This document shows positions 9,629 through 19,271 of a stretch of 64,000 nucleotides of DNA, piece after piece. Under the pieces are notes generated by a model. The model did no database searches, was not told the DNA's origin, and saw only the letters and a list, made by a program, of their open reading frames with translations. Positions within the stretch are counted from its first letter, which is position 1; every line of letters begins with the position of its first letter. Source of the stretch: a virus; the IMG/VR virus record IMGVR_UViG_3300033442_000004, positions 32,001 through 96,000 of that record, one strand, 5' to 3'. Both the position numbers and the translations under genes were made by a program.

Positions 9629-9952
9629 TTGTTGATGGAATCTGAATGCTGTCCCGAATCGCTAGACTCAGACACAAGATGCGGGGTATGCCTGAGATGC
9701 AGGGAGCAAGATATGCGCGTGAAAATTGAAGAAGTTGGCACTGGCCAGCATCCGAGCGAAAAGATCGTCAAGATTGAGACTAAAGAGGGACCGGAACAAT
9801 TGGTGGTTGACCAAAGGTCAATTGAAAACCACTCGCTTGACGTCGGATATCCTGTCGGTCAGCATAATGGTCACCTTCTGGTTGAGTTGCCGAGAGAGAC
9901 ATTCCGCGGCGCTTGGCGGGTATGGGTCGACCGAGGAATCGTAACAGCATGA
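9629..9952 (+). CDS. Hypothetical protein (IS cargo; likely start ATG ~9713)
   Basis: Lower-GC ORF with GGGAG RBS before MRVKIEEVG. Confidence 0.6.
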   Translation: MLMESECCPESLDSDTRCGVCLRCREQDMRVKIEEVGTGQHPSEKIVKIETKEGPEQLVVDQRSIENHSLDVGYPVGQHNGHLLVELPRETFRGAWRVWVDRGIVTA

Positions 9953-9995
9953 GCATGGTTGCGGGGCCACTGGCCCCGCAGCAATTGGAGGAACC

Positions 9996-10550
9996 GTGAT
10001 CCTAACGGATCGAGAAATTAAACTTGCGCTCGAAAAGAGACTGATAATTATCGAGCCAATTCCCGGCCCTGACGCCTTTAGTTCTACGGCCGTTGATTTA
10101 ACGCTCGATGCAAATATTACAGAGTTCCGGGAGGAGGCGGGTGGTATTGAAACCGCTATCGACCCGGGACACCGCGACTTCAATTCAGAAACCACGCTCG
10201 CTCAAATTTCCGATAAACGGGTCATTCCCGCCGACGGTTGGCTACTTAAGCCTAATCGGCTCGTACTCGCGTGGAGTAGTGAGTACGTCAACCTAGTTTC
10301 TCACAATCGAATCGCCGCGCGTGTAGAGGGTAAAAGCTCACTTGCCCGCTTGGGCCTAGGTGTTCACGTAACAGCACCGACCATTCACGCAGGTTTTGAT
10401 GGCCGCATTCGTCTCGAAATGGTGAATCACGGCAAAGTGCCCATTCGCTTACGTGTCGGCATGCGGATTTGTCAGCTTATTTTCGAGCAGACATTGGGAA
10501 CGCCGGATAAGGGGTACCAGGGACAATTCGCAGGACAGGGGTCACCCTAG
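9996..10550 (+). CDS. dcd: dCTP deaminase (trimeric dUTPase-fold Dcd family)
   Basis: MILTDREI, AVDLTL, VEGKSSLARLGL.VH.TAP.IHAGFDGRIRLE, ICQLIFE, KGYQGQ. Confidence 0.92.
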   Translation: MILTDREIKLALEKRLIIIEPIPGPDAFSSTAVDLTLDANITEFREEAGGIETAIDPGHRDFNSETTLAQISDKRVIPADGWLLKPNRLVLAWSSEYVNLVSHNRIAARVEGKSSLARLGLGVHVTAPTIHAGFDGRIRLEMVNHGKVPIRLRVGMRICQLIFEQTLGTPDKGYQGQFAGQGSP

Positions 10551-10692
10551 TCCTTGGTGATTTGCCATCGCGCCGGGCTAGCCTCGCCAACGGCGCGGAC
10601 CATGATGTCGCCGATCGCGGACAGGGTGTCGCTGTCCCACTCCACGCCATCCATCTGTTCCTGGATGGCAAGCATTGCCTGATGGTCGTCCA

Positions 10693-11295
10693 TTATGGCC
10701 TCTCGGGTTTGGTGATTTCGGTGTCGCGGTTCAGGTCGATGACGAAGCCGAAGCCGGAGCGCTTCTGGTAAAGCGGCCCATCGACCAGGAACCACTTCTC
10801 GACCTTGTCGCATTCGCGGCGAGCGCAGACGCCGACCTGGCCCTTCGGCACCCAGTGCGCCCAATCGCCCCATGCGGACGACACGACGAAGTTGACGGCG
10901 TTCTCAACCTGGAAGAGCGCCTCGTCGCGGTTCCTGGACTCGCCGCGCTTCAGCTTCACGCCGAAGAACTGCTCGTACTGGTCGGGATACCAGCCGCGGA
11001 AAGACTCGAGCGCATAGTCGTACTCGGACTTGTCGGGCTTGCCCTCGATCTTGACGATGCGCTGGAAGGCGATCGGGTGGATCATGGCGGCGATCGACCA
11101 CTGGCAGTCTTCCTCGTACCAGCCGGCTTCAGCCCGCATGTATTTCGGGACCGCGGCGTTGCGCTCACGGGACAGCTTGATGCCGCCGTGGCTCGCGGTC
11201 GAGACGGTCCAGATGCCGGGTGCCAGCTCGCGCTTTTCCTGGATGGCGCCCCACGGCGACGACTGGGGGCAGGGGGGTCGCTGATACTCGGTCAT
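10693..11295 (-). CDS. Conserved phage/plasmid protein (SPWG...STASHGG...WYEEDC family, DUF7007-like)
   Basis: Motif recognition; ATG at 11295 with GAGG upstream. Confidence 0.7.
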   Translation of the reverse strand: MTEYQRPPCPQSSPWGAIQEKRELAPGIWTVSTASHGGIKLSRERNAAVPKYMRAEAGWYEEDCQWSIAAMIHPIAFQRIVKIEGKPDKSEYDYALESFRGWYPDQYEQFFGVKLKRGESRNRDEALFQVENAVNFVVSSAWGDWAHWVPKGQVGVCARRECDKVEKWFLVDGPLYQKRSGFGFVIDLNRDTEITKPERP

Positions 11296-11296
11296 C

Positions 11297-11671
11297 TCAG
11301 TCCTCGAATTTGAGGTTGCGGAAGGCGCGATGGCTCTTCGCTTGGGGGATGATCTCGCCGCGGTCATAGGCGAGGGCGTAGGTCGGGCAGCGGACGAACA
11401 CGCAGTTCTGCGCTTCGTCCTCCACGTCATCGCGGGTGGTGAAGCCGAAGTGACATTCGTCGAAGTGCTTGTCGCCCTTCCGCATCTGGCGCCACCACCA
11501 GTCGTCCTCATCGATCGACCAGCCAGCAGCCAGTGCCGACCGGTAGATGCGGTGCGCCTTCTCGATCAGGTCGAGACCTTTGAGGGCGGCGACGGCCTGG
11601 CTCCGGCGGATGCCGTGCATCGATTGCACGACATGGCGGATGTCATGGGTCAGCAGCGGAACGTTCGGCAT
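11297..11671 (-). CDS. Hypothetical phage protein
   Basis: ORF, AGGA RBS, codon bias. Confidence 0.7.
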   Translation of the reverse strand: MPNVPLLTHDIRHVVQSMHGIRRSQAVAALKGLDLIEKAHRIYRSALAAGWSIDEDDWWWRQMRKGDKHFDECHFGFTTRDDVEDEAQNCVFVRCPTYALAYDRGEIIPQAKSHRAFRNLKFED

Positions 11672-11846
11672 GATCAGTCCTGCGGGAAGTGGGCGAGGAT
11701 CGCCTCAAGCTGCGTGCAGAGCGTGTGATGGCCGACGAACTGTCCCGCCTGCCACCACAGCCATTGAAAGGTGAAGGGAAAATGCGGGCATGCATCATTC
11801 CCCTCTAGGCCGGCTTGGAGTCCGGCGTCGTAGTAGTCGAAGGGGT

Positions 11847-12476
11847 TCACGGCACCGGCCTGAAGTCGTGCAGATCGAGATCACGGCCTAGCGCCGCAAC
11901 GAACTCAGCCGGCTTCTCCTTCGCCTCGAAGGCGCGCTGGACCTCGTCGGGGTGGTCGCTGATCAAGTCGGCGTAGAACCACTGCTTCTCCGCCTCATCC
12001 CGACAGTCCTGGATGAAGTTGTCGCGCTCCACGGTCGAGGGCTTGTACTGGCTGACGAACGCCTTGCACCGGGCTCGAGACGTTCGGTACAGGTCGCGAA
12101 GCTTGTCGGCGCCCTTGATCACCGGCTTGACGTCTTCCTCGTGGAAGTTGAGGCAGTACATCATGAACTCCGGGACGAACTCGAAGTCCCAGCAGATCGC
12201 GCCGTCCTTCTCGTCTTCCGTCATGCCGCTCCAGACGCTCTCGATGAGCGGGGCCATCTCCCACGCCGCCCAGCGCATGCCACGGGCACCGTAGTCCTCG
12301 CAGTATTGGGACATCTGCCGTTCGGCATCCTTGAACGGATGGTCATCGGGCAGCGTTGTGGCGATGAGCAGACGGGTGTCTTCGAGCACCGCGTAGGCTG
12401 CCATCGCTGTCTCGATCACGAGGTAGTTGGTCTTGATGGTCTCAGGCTTAGCCACTGTCTTCTCCTTTGCATTCAA
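11847..12476 (-). CDS. Hypothetical phage protein (likely start GTG ~12455)
   Basis: ORF, AGGAG RBS, codon bias. Confidence 0.75.
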   Translation of the reverse strand: MNAKEKTVAKPETIKTNYLVIETAMAAYAVLEDTRLLIATTLPDDHPFKDAERQMSQYCEDYGARGMRWAAWEMAPLIESVWSGMTEDEKDGAICWDFEFVPEFMMYCLNFHEEDVKPVIKGADKLRDLYRTSRARCKAFVSQYKPSTVERDNFIQDCRDEAEKQWFYADLISDHPDEVQRAFEAKEKPAEFVAALGRDLDLHDFRPVP

Positions 12477-12535
12477 ACAAGCGGTTGGGCACAGCTCCGC
12501 TTTTCCTGAGTGTCAGGAAAAACTCGGCTTCGAAT

Positions 12536-12624
12536 TGGTGTGGTTCGCGAGTGCTCTCTCCACCACTCCGCCCTATAGCCGCGGGGGACACGGGCATCGA
12601 CGGAGCAGGTTTCCCTCCAACCAC
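12536..12624 (-). ncRNA. Candidate structured small RNA ending in ACCA
   Basis: Closing stem GTGGTT/AACCAC followed by ACCA; internal 8-bp stem GCTCCGTC/GGCGGAGT. Confidence 0.35.
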
Positions 12625-12836
12625 GCTGCATCCTTCGGGGAGCAGCAGACCTCACAGTGTCCGCATGTGCGGCGTGCCGTATCACGCAAGGCAGGCGCTA
12701 CACTGCGAGGGCATCGAATTGCACCAGCGGATTGGTTTGCCCGCCGCTGGTCGGGCTGTGCGTCCGGTCGCTCGCGGCGTCACCGGTCCAAAAACTCAGT
12801 CACTCTCGTTCGGGGTCACAGTGGGGGTCGCTTACT

Positions 12837-12980
12837 TCATGGCCGCGCTCCGTCGTCGTTGCTGTAACTCGGCGCCTTCGCGTTGCGCTTCTTGTTGGGC
12901 ACAACGCGGGGCTTGTACTTCGGCGTCCGCAGATCACGAGCGATCGGCGAGCGTCGGCTCTGCGTCTTTCGCTTCTTCAT
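12837..12980 (-). CDS. 47-aa basic peptide resembling ArfA-like ribosome-binding peptides
   Basis: SPIARDLRTPKYKPRVVPNKKR..A.SY; GGAG RBS. Confidence 0.6.
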   Translation of the reverse strand: MKKRKTQSRRSPIARDLRTPKYKPRVVPNKKRNAKAPSYSNDDGARP

Positions 12981-13247
12981 GTCAGGAACTCCGGTGAAAT
13001 TGGATGGCCGGATTGCGCCGGCCTCGCCACTGCGTTTGGGTCGCAGCAACCTATGAGCGGTGTCCCATTTCTCCGGGCCGCAAACTTTTCATCATGGTCA
13101 TGAGTGGCCATCATCGCCAGGCGCGGACGAAACGCCGAAGCTAGGCCGTTTGAAAATGCGAGACGGGATGAAACCGCTACTCGCCTCGTCCTGCGGGATT
13201 TTTCCCTGCCTTTGTGTGCAGACCCACTTCAACCACACACGGGGACC

Positions 13248-13532
13248 TCAGGACTCGCTGGTGTTTGCCCAGCGAGGATTGATGCCGCGTCCGTCTTTCG
13301 CCCAGCGGTTGGTCCGCCGGTAGAGATCGGCTTCGCAGTGACGGCGCTCGGCTGCAAGGATGCGAGCCTGAAAGTCCGCGAACTCCAGCTCAGCAGCGCG
13401 CTCTCGGGCTGCCTCGATGATCTGCTCATCGGTCACGCCGTGCTCTTCCATCTTGGCTCGCGACCAGGCGATGGCGTCACGGAACGGCATCCGACTGTGC
13501 GTCGCCGTCATGTAGATTTCACGCGCGTCCAT
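13248..13532 (-). CDS. Hypothetical phage protein
   Basis: ATG at 13532 with GGAGG RBS. Confidence 0.65.
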   Translation of the reverse strand: MDAREIYMTATHSRMPFRDAIAWSRAKMEEHGVTDEQIIEAARERAAELEFADFQARILAAERRHCEADLYRRTNRWAKDGRGINPRWANTSES

Positions 13533-13667
13533 GGCTTGCCTCCAGCTGCGCCAGCTCGGTTTCGAGCGGGTGATAGTCCTCGAAGCGGGCATTGGCCCAG
13601 CCGTTGCGGGACATGTCCGACAGGATGCGGATCAGAGCCATGCGGCGGCGCTTGCGCTGCTTCTCTG

Positions 13668-13853
13668 TCATGGGTCCACCACGCGGCTATGGATGACGCT
13701 GTGGAACCACTCGTTCACATTGCCCCGATCGTCCTTGCAGTAGACGCGGCGTTCGTTGAACGACTGAACCGTGACCATCTCCCTGCGGAAGGTCGGGACT
13801 TTGTCGCCGGGCTTCAGTTCCTCGCCGGTCGGTTCGTAGATCAGCCGCATCAC
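13668..13853 (-). CDS. Small SH3-like hypothetical phage protein
   Basis: LKPGDKV motif; coupled ORFs. Confidence 0.65.
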   Translation of the reverse strand: MMRLIYEPTGEELKPGDKVPTFRREMVTVQSFNERRVYCKDDRGNVNEWFHSVIHSRVVDP

Positions 13854-14077
13854 AGCCTCCAGTGCTGCATGCGGGCACGCTGGTCCGCACGCTCATTGTC
13901 GTTGTCGGCCTTTGGATTGGCCCGGGTCAGCTCGCTGCCCTTGCGCAGCCAGCGCTTGCGGTCGTCGTCGCGGATGACGTACTCGTCGCCGTCAAGGACT
14001 TCCTTGACCTGCCCGACGAACGACCCTTTCGAGCTGACACGGGCAGATCGGACCCAATCATCCTTCTCGAACTTCAT
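13850..14077 (-). CDS. Small SH3-like hypothetical phage protein
   Basis: FEKDDWVR...VGQVKEV; coupled ORFs. Confidence 0.65.
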   Translation of the reverse strand: MKFEKDDWVRSARVSSKGSFVGQVKEVLDGDEYVIRDDDRKRWLRKGSELTRANPKADNDNERADQRARMQHWRL

Positions 14078-14322
14078 GCTCCGCCGAACCTTCCCATTTC
14101 GAGATCGAGGCTATCGGTGTTCTCGTATGTGGCGATCAGCCGATAGACCCGGCCGTCCCTGATGTGCAGGGAGGCGAAGACGATGACGTCAGACTTCCTG
14201 CACTCCTCGAATGCCTTGCGGGCGTCCGCCTCGAATGCGTAGGTGTCGGTGTAGGCCTCGGTCATCGAGACGTGCGTGACCTTGGCCGTTTTGCGGACGG
14301 TGCCGTTCGCGCTGTCAGTCAC
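14074..14322 (-). CDS. Hypothetical phage protein
   Basis: Coupled ORF with GGGAG RBS. Confidence 0.6.
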   Translation of the reverse strand: MTDSANGTVRKTAKVTHVSMTEAYTDTYAFEADARKAFEECRKSDVIVFASLHIRDGRVYRLIATYENTDSLDLEMGRFGGA

Positions 14323-14499
14323 AGCTCGCTCCCATGAACTTGCGGACGCCGGCCGCCAGCGCGGCGTCGTCGACGCCCTTGGCGATCAGACCTTCGGCGT
14401 GCCTGTGGAGCGCCGGGATCGACATCATCGGGATGACCATGCCGGTGACGGCACGTTGGATGCGGGCGTCGTCGAGCGCCTACTGCTTCTTGGTGCGCT

Positions 14500-14835
14500 T
14501 CATGTCAGCTCCTTGCCGGGAATGCCGCCCGTTCGGACGTGCGCTTCGCAGTTGGGGTACACTCGGGCCTGATCCCGAATGTGCGGGATGATGATCTCGA
14601 CGCGGGCCAGCTCGGCCTCGCGCTCGGTGGCGTACTGCTTGGCGTTGCTGCGCCAGATGTCCCAGGTGTTGGCCGTGCCCATCGGGTTGAACCGATCGGT
14701 CAGGTACAGCACCTCGCGCTTGCCGCTGTTGTCGGCCGGGATGCCGTTCCACCACACGACGACGAACGTGTCGGGATTGTTGACGCGGTCGATCGTTGCC
14801 TGGGACGGCGGCCGGAAGCCTTCGGGGAACTTCAT
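14500..14835 (-). CDS. Hypothetical phage protein
   Basis: MKFPEGFRPP start, GGGAG RBS, coupled. Confidence 0.65.
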   Translation of the reverse strand: MKFPEGFRPPSQATIDRVNNPDTFVVVWWNGIPADNSGKREVLYLTDRFNPMGTANTWDIWRSNAKQYATEREAELARVEIIIPHIRDQARVYPNCEAHVRTGGIPGKELT

Positions 14836-15324
14836 CGGCTTGCTCCCGTGGCTTTCCACTCGTGCTTCGGGCAGTACTGCCAGCACTTCGGCTCCAGCGG
14901 GTCCGCGTCACGCAGGGCTTGCGCCTCCTTGTCCGTGACGCGGACCACCTCATCCGAAAGGATGTGTTTCAGGCACTTCATCTCAGACCCATTTGGCAAA
15001 TGCCGCACGGCAGGCGCGGGCATCGTTGAAACTGCGAGCGGCGGCGCGGGCGATCCGCATGGACCGCATGCCGACCGACTCGATGACGCCATCGCGGCGG
15101 ATGACGAACAGCGTGGGGACGGGACGAGGGACGCGGCGGATCACTGACATTGGCGCACCTCATCCCTGGCCATGTTGTGAGCCAGCAGCAGGAGATCGGA
15201 GATCAGGACGTGCAGATCGTCCCGGGTGATGGTCGGGGCCGTCCTGAAGTTGAGGTCGACCGTGGATTTGCCGTGACCGGCGGTGGTCGCGCGGACGGTC
15301 GCTTCGAAGAACCGGGTCTGCATG

Positions 15325-15621
15325 TCACGCTCCCGCACAGGTCAGAGCGAAGCGGGCGGACCCGACCTTCGCGATGTTCTTGATGTGGACGAGCTGGCCG
15401 TGCTCGCGGGCGTCGGTGACGTAGTCCTCGCCCCAGTGCAGGGCGAGGGCAGGGGCGTTTGCCTCGAAGTCATCCCATTTGACGCGGCCGAAGTCCGGGT
15501 TGCTCTCCCAGACCTTCACGAACGTGCCGCGCCGCTGCGGGCCGGGCCCGGTGAACTGGCCGGTGTTCTTCAGGAAGGCTGCGGCATAGGCGACGCGGTC
15601 GCCCGGTGCTGGCGCTGACAT
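15325..15621 (-). CDS. Hypothetical phage protein
   Basis: APGDRVAY, coupled ORF. Confidence 0.65.
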   Translation of the reverse strand: MSAPAPGDRVAYAAAFLKNTGQFTGPGPQRRGTFVKVWESNPDFGRVKWDDFEANAPALALHWGEDYVTDAREHGQLVHIKNIAKVGSARFALTCAGA

Positions 15622-16104
15622 TCACGCCTCCACCGATTGCCAGCCAGCCGGTATCCGGCCGCGCGCCGCGACCTGCTCGATCGCCGACACGTCCAGCTTG
15701 AAGAGGCTGGCGACGCCCTTCAGGTGATCGGCGAGCCGGTCGTAATCCCAGCCACGATGAAACCAGTTGTCGCGCTCGTCGTGAACGCTCTGGAGGCGGG
15801 TGAGCAGCCGCTGATGCTCCTTGAACCACGGTGGCACGACCTGACCGAAATGCTCGATCAGATTGTTGAGCGCGTTGCCGCCAGAGTTGGGCTTGTAGTC
15901 CGGCATCTCGGACATGTCGTCCATCCGCGGATCGTACCTGTCGTCCGGGATGAAGTTGCCGGCGATGCAGCAGCGGCCGGTCGGGTCGCGGTACATGCAC
16001 ATGTCGTCAAGGCCGGTCGACGGGCCGGGGGACGTGGCGAAGAACGCACAGGCAGTGTCGAACACTTCCTGAGCGGTGGGTGTGTTGGTGAAAACGTGGG
16101 GCAT
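15622..16104 (-). CDS. Conserved phage protein (CxYR..G.CC..G..IPD...LQ..HD)
   Basis: Motif typical of a phage hypothetical family; AGGA RBS. Confidence 0.7.
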   Translation of the reverse strand: MPHVFTNTPTAQEVFDTACAFFATSPGPSTGLDDMCMYRDPTGRCCIAGNFIPDDRYDPRMDDMSEMPDYKPNSGGNALNNLIEHFGQVVPPWFKEHQRLLTRLQSVHDERDNWFHRGWDYDRLADHLKGVASLFKLDVSAIEQVAARGRIPAGWQSVEA

Positions 16105-16115
16105 GGGATGTCCTG

Positions 16116-16319
16116 TCAGGTGCTCGTGGGGGACGACAGCAGCTCGCGGAGGGCGTCGGCGCGGGTCCAGCAGTCCGACGCATTGCCGACCTCGTTCCAT
16201 TGGAACGTGTGGGTCAGGGCCTTGTGCTCGGCCGCCTCGATCTCGGCGCCGATCTCGGCCGCGCTCTTGCCGGTGGCCCAGCTGAGAGCGTTGTATCGGG
16301 CGTAGGATTGACCGCGCAT
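16116..16319 (-). CDS. Hypothetical phage protein
   Basis: ORF with GAGG RBS. Confidence 0.6.
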   Translation of the reverse strand: MRGQSYARYNALSWATGKSAAEIGAEIEAAEHKALTHTFQWNEVGNASDCWTRADALRELLSSPTST

Positions 16320-16328
16320 CGCCCGTCC

Positions 16329-16550
16329 TCAGAACTGGTAGACGTTGTTCTGGGTGACGATCAGCCGGCGCTCGAAGTCGATCGAGCGGAGGGCGGAGGT
16401 GATGGTCACTTCCCCCTTGGCGCCGCCGCGCTCGTCGTGGTCCTCGCCCATCTCGACGCGGGCCTTGATGACGCCGGACAGGGGTATCCGCTCGATCGGC
16501 GCGCCGATGCAGTCAGTGAAACCGAGAAGCTTGCAGGTGAACATGCGCAT
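16329..16550 (-). CDS. Hypothetical phage protein, first gene of an early operon
   Basis: GGAG RBS; operator-like sites immediately upstream. Confidence 0.6.
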   Translation of the reverse strand: MRMFTCKLLGFTDCIGAPIERIPLSGVIKARVEMGEDHDERGGAKGEVTITSALRSIDFERRLIVTQNNVYQF

Positions 16551-17438
16551 GGGGTGGCTCCGTAGGTGCGCGGTCAATGCACGAATGCAAACACAAATGC
16601 AAGTGCAAATGCGCCCTAATTCGAGCAAATTCGTATGAGATAAGGAGGGGGTTCCGAGGGCAGATTCACCGCCCCGGAAATTCGAGAATAATTCCCGAGA
16701 AAATGGGCCGAGCGACAATAACCGGACGGCCCGGGGTATTTTCGAAGGCCGCCTCCAGCTCCTCGATCGTGCCCATGAGCACGGGGACAGAGGCACCTCT
16801 CTGAGAGAGGACACAGGCCGCCTCAGCCAGTATTGCCGACTGGACGGGGGTGATGCCGGACCTGCCCGAATAGGCACGGTACAGCGCATCGAGACGAGCA
16901 CGCATCGGTTTCTCCGGTGATGTGAGACGGGGCGGAAAGCCCTGCGAGACAGGCACTTCCCAAGACGACGACGAACGAAATCGGGGCCGCCCATCGAGGG
17001 CCGCCGGAGCAGCTCAATCCCAAGCCAGTGACCTACAGGCAGGGAGAGATGCAGGGATGAGAGAGGGAGGGAGAGGCACTGTACCCGGCCTCATCGACCT
17101 CACCGGTCAGACGCAGATTCTCGATTTTCGAATGCAAATGGCCAGCAAACCGCAGAAGTCGGCCGCGTCGACCTTACCCTGCACATAAAAGCACATTTGC
17201 ATTTTCTCGATTTCCAGCCCTATCGGACACTAAATCTAGTGCCGTACATGCCAAAATCGGTATCTCAGTCCGCAAATCAGGGGGTGGAGAGCCCATTTTC
17301 AGGGGTCCACCCACTAGATGTTGAATATTCAGGGGTGCAGCGACCCCATCATGAGGCCGGCGAAGGCGAAGGCCATCAGGATCAGGCGCCAGTGGCGAGA
17401 TCCACGCGGGTGTTCAGTATGCGCTTCATGGCGGATCC

Positions 17439-17780
17439 TCAGGCGTACCTGGCGAGGGGCTTCTCGCTCACGGGGTGGTGGACGGTGCCGTCCTTGATGG
17501 TCACGCGATCGGCGGACCAGACGGTTGCGGGGGCGTTCAGCGAGGCGTGGCGCATGGCGAAGGTGACGTCGCCGAAGGGCTCGCACTCGGACCGGCCGGA
17601 CCGGAACGTTTGAACGATGAAGCGGGGCACCTCGGTGCGGGGCTTGGCCTGTGTGACCGTGGGGCGGGCCGCGGGTTTTTCCCGAGGGTCAGGAAAAACT
17701 CGAGGCGCGGTCGCGTCCGCTTTCTGGATGGTGGCGGTGACGAGCGAGCGCAGGTATCCGGTCTGACGAGCGGTCAGCAT
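17439..17780 (-). CDS. Hypothetical phage protein
   Basis: ATG 17780 with GGAG RBS. Confidence 0.55.
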   Translation of the reverse strand: MLTARQTGYLRSLVTATIQKADATAPRVFPDPREKPAARPTVTQAKPRTEVPRFIVQTFRSGRSECEPFGDVTFAMRHASLNAPATVWSADRVTIKDGTVHHPVSEKPLARYA

Positions 17781-17815
17781 GGCGTGGTCTCCGGTGGGTG
17801 GCAGTGGAAGCGCTT

Positions 17816-18169
17816 TCAACGCTGAGCGAAGCGGGCCTTGCGACGGGCATAGCCGGGCGTCGGAGGCTGGAAGCGGGGGCCAGTGAAGGGCGTGTAACGC
17901 AGGTGGGGCTCTTTGGCCTCGAAGTGGGTATCGGCCCATGTACGGCGGGCGAGCTCGATCCTGTGCTGGCCTGCGAGCGTCTCGGGGCTGACTTCCGCTT
18001 CCGGGATCATGAGGCGGGTCTCAGCCAGTGTGGTCCGGCTCTCTTCGCCGCTCTTGGGCGTGATGAGCATTTCCCGACCACCCGGAAAATTTGAAGCCAG
18101 CCAGTCCGCGTCAGACTGGGGGCGGGGGGTCGTTTTCGCATTGGCGAATGCACGATTTTTCCGGGGCAT
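17816..18169 (-). CDS. Hypothetical phage protein
   Basis: ATG with GGAG RBS. Confidence 0.5.
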   Translation of the reverse strand: MPRKNRAFANAKTTPRPQSDADWLASNFPGGREMLITPKSGEESRTTLAETRLMIPEAEVSPETLAGQHRIELARRTWADTHFEAKEPHLRYTPFTGPRFQPPTPGYARRKARFAQR

Positions 18170-18191
18170 GCTCACACTCCGTGGAGGGCAC

Positions 18192-18220
18192 AAAAAAAGG
18201 CCCCCGGCGGTGAGGCCGGG
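18192..18220 (-). terminator. Rho-independent terminator after the 18255 gene
   Basis: CCCGGC..GCCGGG stem followed by a T7 run on the - strand. Confidence 0.6.
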
Positions 18221-18254
18221 AACCTTGCGATTTGCGGGGGCGCGGTGGGGCGGG

Positions 18255-19271
18255 TTACGCCGCCTTGCGCTTCCGGGACTTCTTTGCGGGGGCTTCCGCC
18301 GTCTCTTCCGCCTTGCCCTCTTCCGCCGGAGCGGGCGGGGGCAAAAGCAGGATGACGTTTTCCGCCGTGGGGGCTTCCGCCGAAACCGACGCGCCGACCT
18401 TGGCGTTAATGTGCGCCTGCAGCGTCATCAGTGCGTCGATGGAAAGCGTATCCACTGCAGCCATGATCGCCGCCAGTTTCTCGCTTTCGGTCAACGGCGC
18501 GGGGGCTTCCGCTTCCGCCGACTCGGGGGCTTTCGCTTCCGCCTTGGCTTCCGCGCCTTCGCCGCCCTTGTCCGCCTTGTCCGCCTTGGCCATGTCGTGC
18601 CATTCGGCCAAGCGGGATTGCATGATACCCCACTGCCCGGAAAGCAATTCGCCAACCTTGGCGTTCCACATGGTTTCGGCCGACTCGACCGACGCGGCGC
18701 GGGCACATTCCAGAATGACCGGCGCGTGGTTCAGGCGCATGAAAGAGGCAAGGCGCGTTCCGTAGGTCCGGAGCGTTTGCAGCGAGTCGATAAGCTTGAC
18801 GTTCACCGGCTTGCCGTTGCTACCGGTTGCGCCGGTATGCTTCAGCTTGACGTATTCCGACGCCAGCTTGTTGCGCTCGCTTTCGGCCGCCTTGAGTGCA
18901 TCGCCCGAAAGCCGGTCAAAGCTGGCGGTAGCGGACATGATGGCCGCCGCATGGGACTCGGTCCCGCGCCAAATCATCTTGCCAGCCTTGGCGACCGGAA
19001 CCAAAATGTCGCGGGTGAAAATCCACGCGTCTTTCTGCGGATCATAGTTGTTATCCGTCAGAACAGCGCGGATTTGTTCGCCGCAAAGGTTCAGCGCCAG
19101 CATGGTAACGGCGTTGTAGGTCGACGACTCGGCCGCGCCAAGCGACTTAATCGCAAGGTCCGCCGCACGAGTCTGGATCGTATCGGCATACTTTTCCGTT
19201 GCGGACTGCAACACGTTGGTTTCGGCCATCTCTTGCGCGGTAGCGGCGCGGGTATCGGTAGCGGTAGCCAT
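18255..19271 (-). CDS. Ala/Glu-rich hypothetical protein (338 aa)
   Basis: Long ORF, ATG 19271 with AAAGG upstream, own terminator. Confidence 0.75.
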   Translation of the reverse strand: MATATDTRAATAQEMAETNVLQSATEKYADTIQTRAADLAIKSLGAAESSTYNAVTMLALNLCGEQIRAVLTDNNYDPQKDAWIFTRDILVPVAKAGKMIWRGTESHAAAIMSATASFDRLSGDALKAAESERNKLASEYVKLKHTGATGSNGKPVNVKLIDSLQTLRTYGTRLASFMRLNHAPVILECARAASVESAETMWNAKVGELLSGQWGIMQSRLAEWHDMAKADKADKGGEGAEAKAEAKAPESAEAEAPAPLTESEKLAAIMAAVDTLSIDALMTLQAHINAKVGASVSAEAPTAENVILLLPPPAPAEEGKAEETAEAPAKKSRKRKAA

